DNA of 64,000 bases from Camelus ferus (lineage: Eukaryota): positions 94,676,001-94,740,000 of the forward strand of contig NC_045697.1 in NCBI RefSeq assembly GCF_009834535.1, read 5' to 3'. Both the position numbers and the translations under genes were made by a program. Numbering within the stretch: the stretch's first letter is position 1; every line of letters starts with the position of its first letter. The notes under the pieces were generated by a model. The model was not told the origin of the DNA, did no database searches, and saw only the letters and a program-made list of their open reading frames with translations. Shown piece by piece: positions 11,757 through 25,237 of the stretch.

Positions 11757-12592
11757 TGTCTTGTTTATCCTTCCCTTCTAAAGACTCTGCACCCAGTTAT
11801 TTCAATGTGTGTTGGTGGTTTTCCCCACACCATCAAGCAATTCTCCAACACCAGCTGGGTGCCCTATAACTCAACTCAATTCTGAAACTATCAATCCAGG
11901 GATAGCTTCAGATTCCCTAGATTAAGGGCTTAGTCCCACAAGACAGACTTCACGGCCAGTTGCAAGTCACTTTGTCACTTGCAAAGGGCTTTAAATCAGA
12001 GGTTCTCACAATCCTCTCCTTGGGTACCATTAATTTGCTAGTGTGGCTCACAGGACTCAAGACAATTTACTCACTAGATTACTGATTTGTTATATAGGTC
12101 ATTAAAAGATAAGAATCAATTGTCAGATGAAGAGATCCATAGGGCGCAGTCCCATTCAAAGGCACTTCTATCCTTGTGGAGTTTTGGCCCAACATGGTGC
12201 CACACGGAAATGTTCTGGTTCACAAACTGGAAGCTCTTCCAATCCCTTCCTTTTGGGTTTTATAAGGAGGCTTCATTACACAGGCACCGTTGATTAAATC
12301 ATTGGTTATTGGTGGTCAATTCGACCTTCAGCTTCTCTCTCCTCCCTGGAGATCAGGAGGTTGTACTAAAAGTTCTGTCCCTCTCATCACAAGTTTGTTT
12401 CCCTGGCAACCAGCCCTCATCCTTAGCTATTTTCCAAATCAGCTTATTAACATAAACTCAGGTGTGTATGAAAGGGATTTTTATGAATATTAAGACAGTT
12501 TTATCACTCTTATCACTTAAGAAATTTCAAGGGTTTTAGGAACTTTGTGCCAGATATAGGGACAAAGACCAAATATAAGTCACAATATCACA
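11757..12592 (-). mobile_element. MER21-like solo LTR
   Basis: Ends ...cacaatatcaca (reverse complement tgtgatattgtga, the MER21-type start); internal ctcaattctga...ttaagggcttagtcccacaagac and cagatgaagagatccataggg; 4-bp TSD tctc at 11753-11756 and 12593-12596. Confidence 0.85.
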
Positions 12593-12774
12593 TCTCTCCT
12601 ATCTTCTATATTCTTTTCCTTCAGCGATAATGAGTAAACAATGTGGCAATTTGTATGTTCCAAGCCTGGCCACAGTAGTATCTCTCATCACATTTTCTCT
12701 TCTGAAAATGTAATCTTGACTCATCCGCCATGCTGTGGGGCTCCTACGTTCTCCTCCTTGTATCTGAGTAGGCT

Positions 12775-13190
12775 ACTGACCTTGGAGGAATGAATTTCTA
12801 AGTCTAGGTAGCAAAGAGAAAAATGTCTCTGTCTTACTTTCAGGGACACTCCCCTTTGGAAGCACTGAGTCTGAGCACCTTGAGGCAACTATGTTGTGAA
12901 AAACCTCTCTTGAGGGAGACCACAGGGAAAAGTCCTAATGCTACATAAAAAAAAAAAAAAAAAAAAAAAAAGAAAACCAGATAGCCCCCATCTTCTCCCA
13001 GTCCCCAGAATTCCAGCTGTAGCAGCTCTCTGACTGCAAACTTGTGAAAGATCTAGAGCCAGAACTGCCCAGATAAGCCCTTTTTGATTTTCTGTCCACA
13101 GAAACCATGAGAGTTAATAAATTATTCTTGTTTTATGCTATTGAATTTGGGGTGATTCATTACACAGAAATAGAGAAGCAGAGGAAACAC
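12775..13190 (+). mobile_element. MLT1 (MaLR) LTR, MLT1G/H-like, containing an A25 run
   Basis: ctgactgcaaacttgtgaaagatctagagccagaactgcccag...ccacagaaaccatgagag..aataaa..tttggggtgattcattacacagaaatag. Confidence 0.8.
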
Positions 13191-13343
13191 AAATTTTATG
13201 TGGATACCCAATGATGCTAAGGTCACACAAATGAGTGGAAACTTCTCTCAATATTTTCATAGTCTAGTTGGAAGGAAATAATACAAAAAACATTTAAAAT
13301 GACCATACGATGCAAACAATGCAACAACAGAGTTAAATACATC

Positions 13344-13620
13344 ATGTTTGGGGAAGCCCAGAGGACTGCTGGCAGAAGCAGTGGGCTCTGAGCATCCCCG
13401 AACATTCTTGCTGGTTATGCCAGGAATACATTTTCCAGGGTTGTGTTTACAGCACCAATCTGATGTGCTTGCTGCTTACTCTGCCATCAGTAATGAAGTT
13501 CCCTGTCTCTGAATCATCAGTGTCCTAGTGTCTTGTCTTCTGCCAGCACCCATGAAACAGTGACAGTCGGTCTCATTAGTTTGTTAACAGATTAAAGAAC
13601 AATTCAGCAGTAATTACAGT
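13344..13620 (+). mobile_element. MER74/MER54-like ERVL LTR, internally deleted
   Basis: ctgagcatccccgaacattcttgctggttatgcca and gtcttctgccagcacccatgaaacagtgacag match recalled MER74-family blocks. Confidence 0.6.
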
Positions 13621-14799
13621 TAAACTTTTTATATGTTCTCAGGCCTATGTGGAATAGCACACTCCATTTTCACGGTTGTAAAGGCTGCCTATTTGACTAA
13701 TGAGAAATTAAAACTTAATTACTTTAAAATATAATTTTCTAAATATCTTTAACGATAGTGGAAGATCATGATTGAAATTAGTGACAGTCTAGGACAATTA
13801 GATTGCTAGATAAAAATTTGATTTTATCTTGTCAATGAAGAGTTTCAAACAAGTAAGTGAAAAATCAATTTTTCCTTATTGCTTTCATTTTAAAATTTGG
13901 TTTATCTGCAGCTGGATTCCATCTGTTGGCGTTAAGAATTCACAGAGGGTCTTCTCTTTGTTCTTTATTTCCTTAATTTCTACCTTCCATTTGAAAAGTA
14001 TATTCCCTAGTTTGCATCAATGGACTAGCATGTTCTCAATTAGTAATTGACAGTTACCATCTGCTTTAAAAAATATGATTGTCTCTTGTGTGCCATGTTC
14101 TGAGTCATCAACTTAAATGTAGACTGGGGCAAAATGGTTAAAGACAATTCTATCAAGTAAGTTGCTTATGTCTCAACAACAATATGAAAATAGTTTCTTG
14201 TTTTACAGTATCTTTTTTTCTAAAATGGTTTAAATTCCTCCCAGTTAAGGTACTAGATATAAATGCAATCATTGTTATCAATAATGACTCTTAACATTAT
14301 TAATCTATGTGGTGACACTAATTTTTTCTTTTAAGTATATGCTTGGACTTTCAAAAATATAGTTATGACATTTGACATATTTTTCTTAAACAAGTATTGT
14401 CACATAATCACATGCAAGAAATTCATGTATTCTAAAACAGGGGAAGAACTGAAGGATTTTATAGTAGCATACTGCATTTTACAAATTAAACATATGTGAC
14501 ACTGATTATTTTATTATTATACAGCAAGAAAGAGCTACATTTAAAACACAAGTTTCCTGAATACAAACTAATAAAATTTTAAATAATTTTTGGTAGAAGT
14601 AGTTATGTTGTTCTTCCTCTTGCATCTGTTTTTTTACAATGCTTTGTATAATTATTCCTGATTATTTCTCTCCCCAGTAAAAGAACAATGGCCTTCGGAG
14701 TGTGAGAAGGAAGGTTACAAGAAGGAAAAAAGAATAATGTTTATACTCCATGGGAGATTTAACTGAGTATATAGGATAAGTGATTTACTCAAAATATTA

Positions 14800-15480
14800 C
14801 ACTGGTTTAATTATATCTAACATTTTTACATGTAAGCATAATGAAGAAAAGTGCACAAATCCTGCATTTACAGATCAATTAATTGTATCTTCCAAGCACA
14901 CACAGCAAGCATCACCCCAAAGTATCAGACATCACCAAATACCCAGAAACTACCCATGTGCCCTCTCCCTCCCACTATGCTCCCCCATGTATATACACTA
15001 TTCTGATTTTTATCACCAGAGATTAGTTTTGCTTTCTGTATATTTTTAAATATCATTAAAGGATGTCAGGGTGTGTACTCTTTTGTGTTTCAGTTCTCTC
15101 TCTTAACATCATTATATTTGGGAGGTACATCCATCAAGTTTTGCAGGTTGGCGTAAAGTGTTCATTGTTGCCTATGCATTTCTGTTGTTACTGTATCTTG
15201 GTGTGGGGTTTGCACAACATAGGCCAGTATCAATGCTGACAGTTTTCCAAAGTAGTATTACCAATTACGAATTTACACTTATGTAGAATTCTATGACAGA
15301 TCCACCTTCTCCATTTCCTTGCCAACACTTGATACTGCTTTTCTGTTGTTTTCTTTCTTTCTCTCTCTCTCTTTCCTTTTTTCTTTCATTTTAGCCATCC
15401 TAATGATCTGCAGTGGTATTTTTCTATGATTTTAATTTGGATTTGTCTCCAATATTGGCAGTTTTTCATATTTATTGTTA
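14800..15480 (-). mobile_element. Old L1 (L1ME/L1MB-type) 3' region
   Basis: tagttttgctttctg, gtactcttttgtg, ccttgccaacacttgata and ttttagccatcctaatg...gtggtat...ttttaatttg. Confidence 0.7.
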
Positions 15481-15519
15481 TATTATGTGCATTTAAAATT
15501 ATTGCTAATATTATAAACA

Positions 15520-16690
15520 GTTAAAATACATTTGAACTTAATCATTCATTTAGCCTTTGTAGTGGTCTTATTGTTTCCCTTTGTAGTATGTACATCAGAG
15601 ATCTTTTTTTTTATGTCTTTAGAAATAAATTACTTAATGCAGGGCTATTGGTGAGAAATTTTCTTTTTTTTGTTTGTTTGTTTGTCTGAAGACATCTTCA
15701 TTATAGCTTCATTTCTGAAGGATGCATTTATCAGCTATTGACATCTATGTTGGTCCTTTTCTTTCAGAATTTTAAACCTTCACTATATTATTTTCTTTCT
15801 TCTATCATTTCCATTACAGAGTCAACTATCTTAATTTTTGTGTCTTTGAAAGCCATGTGCCTTTTTATTTCCTTTGGACTGCTATGGCTGTTTCTCTCTA
15901 TCATTGCTTTTCAAATATTTTACTGTAATGTGCTTACATGTGGTTTCTTTGTATTTAACCGTTTTTTAATGCATTGGGCGTCATGAATCTGCGGCTTGAT
16001 GTATTTTATCAATTTTTTGGAATTTTTTTTTCAAACGAATTCTCTCTTCTCTCCTTCAGAGACCCCACTTACATTTATTTAAATTTTTTTATTATGTCTG
16101 ATGTTTCATTTTCTTTTTTGTGCTTTATTCCAATTCTTTTTTCTCTCCATGTTTTATTCTCTACATTTTCCACAGCCCTACTTCCAACCATTTTATTTCA
16201 ACAGTTTTTAGCATTCTATATGATAATTCTTTATAAATCTCAGTTCTCTAAATTCTCAATTGTGTCATCATTTTTGAAATTATAAATTAGTATGTACTTG
16301 ATATTATTAATTTGTAAGTTTATCTGAGAAATAATATCTGCATCACCTGTGAGCCTATTTATATTATCTAATTTTTATTATTTTCTTTTTTCCCCAGCTA
16401 AAGTCCTTTGTCATGCTTTGTAATTTACTACTGAATACTGAACATTTTAATGATAAATTGCAGAGACTCAGAGTGATGTTACCTTTCTCCAGAATAAAAT
16501 TATTTTTTTTCTTACCTATAGTTAGAATAGTAGCGGATCATATTAATCTGAGCAGAGACTGAGATGGTTCAAAGTTAAATTTAAAACTGAATAAATATTA
16601 GTCACTTTGCAGATGATTTTCATAGGACATAATTTGTCATGGGTTTCAGTTAAATACTTGGGTTGTTTCCAGGATCTATTCTCCAAGGTA
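15520..16690 (-). mobile_element. Old L1M/HAL1 ORF1-region fragment
   Basis: T-rich; tttgtctgaagacatcttcatt...cttcatttctgaaggat and tgtggtttctttgtattta are typical antisense L1 5' region. Confidence 0.6.
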
Positions 16691-16729
16691 GGCTCTATAC
16701 TTCTCTTTGTATATTTATTTTCCCAAATT

Positions 16730-17226
16730 CATTTATGTTTCTTTTAAAAGACATCTCATTTAATATATGTTGTTGATTTATTGACATTAAACTGTGTGGT
16801 CCACAGCACTAATAACTCATGCCTGAACAAAAGCTGTGCAACACACATATTTTCTCCATAAGGCACATCAGAGCCATCTTTGACTTAAGAACACAATATA
16901 GCACCTCGGCACTACAGTTGGAGACCATTTTAAATAGCAAAATCGCTAACAAAAAGCACAAAAAAAGAGAAAAATATGGCACTAAATAGACACAAAAAAA
17001 GACATTTGTTTACAGTAGTATAGAGAGTTGAAACAGTGAAGCACAGTATCATCTTGTTTGTTCTCAGCTGGGAACCTGCTTGTGAGGCAACTAAAATTTT
17101 ACCATTCTGCACCTGTCCACAAACGTCCATAAATGTGCCACAAGTATGGGTCTGAGAATTGCAAATAAATTTTAGTGAGAAGACAAACGCACAAATATGG
17201 AATTCAAGAATAATGAAGATAGGCTG
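16730..17226 (-). mobile_element. MER82 (TcMar-Tigger) DNA transposon, partial
   Basis: Long collinear match to recalled MER82 consensus (ataactcatgcctgaac, ttttctccataaggcacatca, ccattttaaatagcaaaatc, ctcagctgggaac); ends in a TIR ...gaataatgaagataggctg followed by TA. Confidence 0.88.
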
Positions 17227-17489
17227 TATATGAATTCTTATTGTATATTTAAATATTAAAAAGCCACACAATGCAGAGAGACAGAGAGAGAAAATTCATA
17301 TTAATACCTTTCGACTTGTGGAAAAGGCCTGATCAACGCCATTTAAAATCTTTAGTTTGGTTGAAATTTAAAGTTTTGATTTTCTAAAATGCTTAAGAGG
17401 AAAACATGGAAGAAATCTCAGATGTGTGCATACTTAATATTTGGTAGTTCTTTAAAGAGAGAGAAAAGAAAAGAAAACTTGCCAGAAGA

Positions 17490-18000
17490 GGAATCAGTGG
17501 CCTCCAGACAAATACTACCAGAAACACAGCTTTAACTGAAAAATATTGGGCTTATTGACTTGTTGTAATGGGGAAGAGAGTGTGCTAATGGGAATTACGA
17601 AATGTCTGAGTAAGAAGGTGTTTAAAAGGAATTCTGATTTGACCTTATGGTCTTGATGAATCTCACCTAACACATAGCGGGGGTGTAGTGTTGCTAAGGC
17701 TGTAATAAGATGCAGAGGCAGCACTCACTCATCTGAGAGAAAGAGATATGTGGTTAAAGCTGAGGTTTAGGTACTGCTCTTTTTCTTACTTAAGTTCAGT
17801 CATAATATGGAGCGATCTTATTTTTGTCCTGACCCAGCACGTTCACAGAGTGGCCTTGCCTGATCCTGGTATTCTGCAAGACTCACACATTCAAGGTGAG
17901 GACCAAGACCTAGCTGTGAGACCTAGCTATCTCCTAGCAACACCGATGCCTCATTGATAATGCCAGGGCAGGTGGTGAAGGGCTGCTTTTCTTATTCTCA
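17490..18000 (-). mobile_element. Solo LTR, probably ERV1 class (MER90/MER110-like)
   Basis: Right end ggctgcttttcttattctca (reverse complement tgagaataagaaaagcagcc); more GC-rich than flanks; left boundary uncertain. Confidence 0.5.
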
Positions 18001-20709
18001 AGGATGCAAAGTATTCAAAGCATTCCAAATAACCCATATTGCATCATCTCTGCTGAATATAATATATGTTATTGAAAATCATACAGGTCTTATCTCTCTT
18101 TTGGGCATATAGGAGATGATGGTATTAAGATTAAAGCACGTGACCTGTATTAACCCTAAAATATTAAAGTATATTGCTGAGCATAGAGACAACTATTTTG
18201 AAAGAAATATTACACAATCATAAAATATCCACAGATAGTCAGTTTGCATGTTTTCTCTGCAAAAAAAATTCAGAATATTTAATTTAAAAAAAAAAACCTT
18301 GATAGAAAATTCCAGAGTTTTACATGGGAATCTTGTTATTCCCTCTTAGTTTTGTGTGGTCACTTGCCTGCTTGTACTTCTACATATTTTTTTCTTCAAA
18401 CATCAACAATATTCTCCTTTTAATGGGGTAGCGTGAATTCTACCTCTTGTAGTAGTTTATATTCAAAATTCTTGGATGTGGATTCTGCTGTAAACTGGCA
18501 ACCTGATTTAAGAAGTTACTATTATGGATATTCCAGTTTATGGTTACAGTTGAACAATTTAAGGCCATTATTATATGAAGCAAAAAAAAAAAAAAAAGTG
18601 TGATGTCGCTGTATCGGCAGCCAAAATGTTTTTATTAAAATTCTAATATAGATGCCTATTTTAAAACTAGTGAATATATATCCAATGTTATTGTTAAATT
18701 CTACTAGTCATGTCCAAGATGTGTTTTAAAAATGTCCTTTAATAAGGTAAATAAGTCTTGAATACTGCTCCCCCCAAATCAGAAAATCAATGGATTTAAA
18801 GTCAACAGCTGAATTGATGAAATCATTCATCGGATAGCTCTAAAAAATGTTGAATTATAATGTTAATTTACATACACAGCAGAGACAGAATAATATGACA
18901 GTCCCAAATTTTCAGCCCCATATCATCTACCTACCTGCAAACGACACATTTTCTCAATAATAAGTTAGATGATTTAGAACAAACACTAATTTTTTCTTCT
19001 ACAACCAACTTGGTGCATCTTGGGGTTGAACTCAGGTGTGCCTCCCAGGCCTCCCATAAGACTCCAACTAGAGCCTCCACCTTTGCTCTCCATCTGTGAC
19101 CACTGGGTGTCGTAGGCCAAGCCCCAGCTTCCAGTTCCACAGGGGATGCATGCTAGCTACTCGGCTCAGCTGGTAGAGTTGACATTCTCATCCATCACAG
19201 TCCTTTTGAAGATGCCTTGACTCTTTACTCTCAGATTAAGGGTCTACATCTCTATCCTACACTAAGAATTGTTGTTGCTGCTGTTTTTGATGCCAAATTA
19301 AACAGATCTCAAGGTATACTTTGTTGTCAGATGCATTTAGATGCTTTTACCAAATTTAGTTTCATAGGAAAATTCCAATTTGCAATACTTTTTTTCCCTT
19401 AAAGTTTTTAGACTTTCTTTTGTTTGGAAATAGGTCATTGGTAATTCAGAGATCTCAGTGTAATTGTTAGTTGTGTTTTTATTAGAGCTGTCAAAGTGAA
19501 TTAAAAAAATATAGTATGTGTTTAATAATGACACAGAAATGCTATTCTCAATTTTTAATGTAAATGCTACACTGAAAGAATAAAACTACTTTGCCATTTG
19601 AGCCGTTATACATATTTCATTGATAAATAATTTCAACAGTATAAAAATTACTGCAAATTTTAATATAGAACTCAAATTATAATTGAGTTTTCACATATTA
19701 AAAGAGAGACTTAATTTTCCTTTCTTGTAGACATCTGAGTTTAATACTAATTACCTAGGTATGAGTTTAAACCTCATTCTCAGCAGTTGAAGCCTATAGT
19801 TTAGTGTTACTTTTCCAGTAAAATCTGTTTTAACATAAATTAGTCTGATTTTCAAAATATTGAGGCAAATTGATCCTAACATAAGGGTCAGTTGCAAACA
19901 TCAATGTGTTATATAAGAAATTGAAAAATAGGCTATTTCAAAGGTAGTATATCATATATGATATATAATTCCAGATATGTTCAAATCTAACAAAGTTCTT
20001 TCACCTGAGCTAAATAAAGTAATACTTAAAAGTATTAAATTATCTTCATAAAATTATAAATGAAATTGTGGCAGATCAGTGTTTAGGTAACTGAAACAGA
20101 GGGATGTTGACTAACTAAAGTATAAATGAGCTGCAGAAAAACTAGTAAATTTATATATAACAATCTAGTCAACCAAAATAGTGATTGTATTTGCCTTTGG
20201 GAAAACAATCTGAAAAAGTGCTTCTTTCTCCTGTTCTGTCAATTCCCTGCTGGAACTGGTTTGAGAAGGAGTTAAAAAGATTTGCTGAGGACCCAGTATA
20301 ACAGGGTAGGATTAAATTCATGGGCAGAACCTGGAATCCCAAATGTGGGGAATGAAAAATCAATAGAAAAGGAAGCTGTGGCTCAAATTTAATACTCTCA
20401 GTTTTCACGAAGTATTACATCCGGAAATAAATGAGAGCTAGAGAATTAACACAGACTGAATGATAAAACATTTGCAAAAAAGAACGATCTGTAGAACCTT
20501 AACAGATTAGGCTAATTATTGGCAAAACATTGTGAATTAGAAAAGTAGAAATACATTTTCTTGACCTGGGAAATACACCAGTATCAAAAAATAAACTTTG
20601 TTTTGTTGTCTTTTATCACTGTTTTGGTCATGATTTTCAGCCTATTTACCAATTAAAGGGGCGAATGGGCAAGGTTTCTGATATTTTCTGATTTTATTCT
20701 ACTACCTGC

Positions 20710-20935
20710 TTCTTAAATGCAGAGTCTTCAAGTCTCTGTCCACAGATACTCTCTTGGTACTTTTCTAAAATAATCTCCACTCTCTAAGTTTCATTTATCA
20801 CTTCCACCCAAACCCTTACCAAGTTTGTATCTCAAAACTTGACCTTCAGTTTTGTGCCCAAATGCCTGATAAGCATCTCCCACAAAGTATCATAAAGACA
20901 CCTCAAACTTAATATATCCTGCACTAAGTTTTCTA
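20710..20935 (+). mobile_element. L2 internal fragment
   Basis: ccaagtttgtatctc...aaatgcctgataagcatctccc...cacctcaaacttaatatatcc. Confidence 0.65.
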
Positions 20936-21112
20936 ATTTTTCAAAAAAATTTAAGATGTTCTTAAAAATAAAAGTACAAGAAAGAGAAGAACAATATTCA
21001 TTTTTCTACCACCTGATTTAATCTCTAACAATGTGGTATAGTTTCTACAAATTTTTTTTTTATTGTATAGGGAATTTTTTTAAAACTGGTATATTCTTAT
21101 GAAAATTTCAAA

Positions 21113-21822
21113 TATTACAACGAACAATTCCACTCCTGGATATATATCCAAAAAAAGTAAAGGAAAAAACCCAAAACACTATTTTGAAAAGATACATGTA
21201 CCCCAATATTCATAGCAGCATATCTATAATTGCCAATATATCAAAGCAACCTAAGTGTCTATCAACAGATGAATAGGTAAAGAAAATGTGGTGTGTACAT
21301 ATGTGTGTGCATATACATATATATACACACACATACATACACACACACACACACATAGAGTATATATTACAATAGAATATTACTCAGCCATTAAAAATAA
21401 ACAAAACTTTGCCATTTGCAGCAACATAGATGGACTTGGGGAGCATTATGCTATGTGAAGTAAGTCAGACAGAGAAAGACAAATACTATATGCTATCACT
21501 TATATGTAGAATGTAAAAAATACAACAAACTAGTGGATATAAAATAAAAGAAGCAGACTTACAGATACAGAGAACAAATTAATGGTTACCAGTGCTCAGA
21601 GGGAAGGTCAAAGGGGCAATACAGGGGTGGAGGAGTAAGAGATACATACTATTATGTATGAAATAAGCTGCAAGGCTATATTGTACAACATGGGGAATAT
21701 AGCCAATATACAAATGGAGTATAACCTTTAAAAATTGTAAATCACTATATTGCATACCTGTAATTTATATAATATTGAACAGCAAGTATACGTCAATAAA
21801 AATAAATTAAATTTATTTTTTC
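21113..21822 (+). mobile_element. 5'-truncated L1 (artiodactyl-type ORF2 C-terminus and 3' UTR) with 11-bp TSD
   Basis: caattccactcctgg...aaaagatacatgtacccc...gccatttgcagcaacatagatggac...tcaataaaaataaa; TSD aaaatttcaaa at 21102-21112 and 21823-21833. Confidence 0.92.
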
Positions 21823-22059
21823 AAAATTTCAAAAAAAGCAGGAGGATAAAAGTGAAATATCAGACCAAATCCCATGACCCAGATTAGGAAAAGGAAGTAA
21901 GTATCATTGCAGAGAATTTTTGATTCAAAATTCACCACCGTTCTTTAACATAGCTAATCTTTTATTAAGCTCAATATTTAAATTCATCTTTTGTTTGTCT
22001 AAATATAGGGGTCAAGTAGGTAACCTCCCACTTCACCCACAAGAACTGAAGGGGGCTAT

Positions 22060-22900
22060 ATTTATTGAATTTGTTCATTGTTGAGAGGTCTGTTGATTCT
22101 GTTCCTGAATGGACTGTATGCTGGTAATAAAATTCTCAAAGCATTCTTGCCCACAAATTTTGTAGACATTCCTCTCTTGTCTTTTAACATTCATTCTGTT
22201 TACTCTTTCTTTAAAGAAAGAACTGAAACCAGACTGATGCATTTCACCTATGCTATAATTTGCTTTTCCTAACTGTATTTACCAAATTAATTTTTCTTTT
22301 TCCACCTTTGAAAAATAATTGCTGTATTAAAATAAGTCTGTTTTATTAAATTCCTTAGATCATGGGGCAATTTTTGATATTCGGTTCTTTCTTCATTTTA
22401 AGAAAATATATTTTGTTTTCCATTTTGTGTCTTGATACTCTTGAAATATATTATGATATCCCTTCATACGTTTTAAATATTTTTAAATGTTTTTGCAACA
22501 ATTGTCATCATCTCCAGCCTTTCCACTGTGACAGTGATAGGATTTTTTAATGGTGTATCCATCTCTTCCATGTTCTTTCTAACTATAAAGTCCAACTTCG
22601 TGTTGTGTTGGTTCTGATTATCTTAGGTCTGAAATCCCCTTTTTATCTCATTCTGTTGTTTAATCATCTGGTATTGAGCTTTGTTTCCTAAATTATATTC
22701 TTACTTTGCTGATTCATATAGGAAGAAGCAATTGTGAGAAATTTCCCCTTCTTCCTTTAACTGACCTCTTAGACTTTGAGATACTATGATTTTTTCTATT
22801 ATTGTATCTGTTTTAATATTTTTTTTCATTCATTGGCATGTGATAGTTCCTTCATTACCTGCTATTAACTTTGTAGGCTTACTTTTTTTAGTCCAGCTCT
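22060..22900 (-). mobile_element. Ancient HAL1/L1M-like fragment
   Basis: T-rich antisense pattern (aattttgtagacattcctctcttgtctttta; ggggcaattttt...ttcattttaagaaaat). Confidence 0.4.
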
Positions 22901-24784
22901 GTCCAACACTGAAATTTGCTTTCATGACTGCACGCGAATTCTTGTCATTCTTTCCATGGTACCTGAGGATAGTTTGTTCTCCCCCGTGGGCTCCAGTGTG
23001 AGGGCTGAGTATGGCCTAGAGTGTTTGGTGAGAGGAGGTGGAAATCGCAGCTGAGGAGATAAAGCTGAGAGTTTTAAAAATATCTGTACCAAAGTTCATT
23101 CGTCTAAGTGTCAGGGACAAAGAAGAGTAAAGAATTTTTATGTGATCTCAATTATTTAATCAGTTTAAGAACAGACTTGGAAGGTTTACTTTGTTTAGAG
23201 AGAGTCATCTCCATCGTGTATTTTCCCCAGCCTACCTACTTCCCAGCAGCTGTTTCCACTAATTCTCAAACAAAAAAGAAAAACAAATGATACACTATTC
23301 AGTTTGCTTCTCCCTGGATTTGAGAGTATTAATAAGGTTCTTTGGGTTCTGTGAACACAACTCTGTGGTACCAAGGGGTGGAGTATTGTGTCTGCCCTCT
23401 GTTTAAGAATCTTCTATTACTTTGAGATTTGATGTTTAAAAGTGTAAGACATGAGAGCATGCTTTTTCCTTTTTTTGACAACCACTTGGAGTGTTTTATT
23501 TAGTTTTGATCCTTACTATGTTTAGTTTATTTTCATTGGGTTTTAAGAAAGTCAGATTCTAAGACACAGATTCAAACAGCCTTCCCAAACAGTTCGAATT
23601 GCCAAACTTAATTATTACAATTTATTCCAAACCTGTTTTTCATTAATGTTTTATAGCTAATCTAGGGCTACCATTTTCTTTCCAGTCATTAAAGTTAAAA
23701 GCTCTGGAGTTCTTTTTGACTCCTTTTCTCATTCTTCTTCGACAACAATCAGCCATCAAGCTACAAATCTCAATGACATTTTTCCCTTTTTGTCTCTGAA
23801 TTACAAGTTCCTACTTCAATGCCACATCTCTTCTATAATGGACTAAAAGGCAAACCACTCCATTTAGACTTTTGGCTACTAATCCCCATTAACTTTCCAA
23901 AATAACAAAGAAACAAGCTTTTACTGATACCAACTATGCAAGCTACATTTAATGATCTCTCTTACCCTCAAATATTTTGGGGCTTTTATGTTAACACAAA
24001 CATCTCTCAAATGACACAGCCGGCTAACCAGGGACAGAAGTAGGATTTGGATCCATATCTGATTGAATCCATTCATGCTCCCATTTCATTACTCTAGGTA
24101 TTTTTCTATTTCTTCATCTAACTTCTAAACTAATATATGTAGCATATGCAGCCCATTTTCAGACAGTTAAGATGATAACAAATATATTATAAAAACATAA
24201 ATCTAAAAGGGCACTATGGAGATTTTTTTTAAAAGTCTTTCGTATTAGATGAAATCTCGATAAAAAATAATAATCTTGCTAAATGTGTTTCTTGACTTTA
24301 TTACCAAAAGCCACTGATAATAAATTGCATTAGAACATAAATAAGGGGATAACTACATTTGTTCATTAGAAATTTTTTAATACTGAGAAGCCCAGATCAG
24401 TCAGGAATAAAAATAAAATGAAGGAAAAGAAAATTACCCCTTTTCCTACAACAAAATATTCCCATTGAAATTCAAATTAATGTGACATCTAAGTGTCATA
24501 TCCCAAGGAACACTTCCTCTGACTTGTTTCTTCTTAATAATTCTAGAACTATTAGATTCTAGTAGCTATCTAATAATTCTATGAACCAGTAAAATAGGAC
24601 CATTTTCATTATATTTTCTTAAAGTATGATCAAAACATTTCAGAAAACTTCACCTAATATAATTTTAATTTAGTATAAATGTTTTCTCATTTCATTTCAT
24701 AAGTGATCGAAAGTTCCTTGCTTTAGGGTTGTTATGTGTTTTCCAGAGGCCAAATGGAGTTTGATTTTTACTGTACATTTTAAT

Positions 24785-25237
24785 TTACTTTTATTGAAAT
24801 GTGGTTGATTTACAATATTGTGTCAATTTCAGGTATACAGATAGTGATTTTTTTTTTTTGCAGATTATACTCCATTGTAGATTATTACAAGATATTGGGC
24901 ATAATTCCCTGTGCTATATAGTAAATCTTGTTGCTTATCTATTTTATGTATAGTAGTTGTTAATCTATTAATCCCCTATTCCTAATTTGCCCTTCCCCTT
25001 GCCTTTGGTACCAATGCTTGTTTTCTATGTCTGTGCGTCTGTTTTTGTTTTGTATACAGATCCATTTGTATTACATTTTAGATTCTACCTATAAAAGTAA
25101 GTGATATCATATAGTAATTGTCTTTTTTTCCTGAAATTTTTCACTTAGCATTATGTTCTCTAGATCTGTCCATGTTGCTGCAAATGACAAGATTTCATTA
25201 TTTTTATAGCTGAGTAATATTCCATTATATATATACC
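24785..25237 (-). mobile_element. 5'-truncated L1 3' UTR (artiodactyl type)
   Basis: ttttattgaaatgtggttgatttacaatattg...ttattacaagatattgggcataattccctgtgctata...tccatgttgctgcaaatgacaagatttcatt. Confidence 0.92.

Noticed and set aside
18925..19200. Minus-strand ORF MELEAGAWP... ending at CAG|GTAGGT, and a tRNA A-box-like ggctcagctggtagag
   Set aside because: No recognisable protein or upstream acceptor; no B box or cloverleaf follows the A-box-like motif.
24544..24581. Imperfect inverted repeat tagaactattagat / atctaataattcta
   Set aside because: 13/14 match in extremely AT-rich sequence; compatible with chance.
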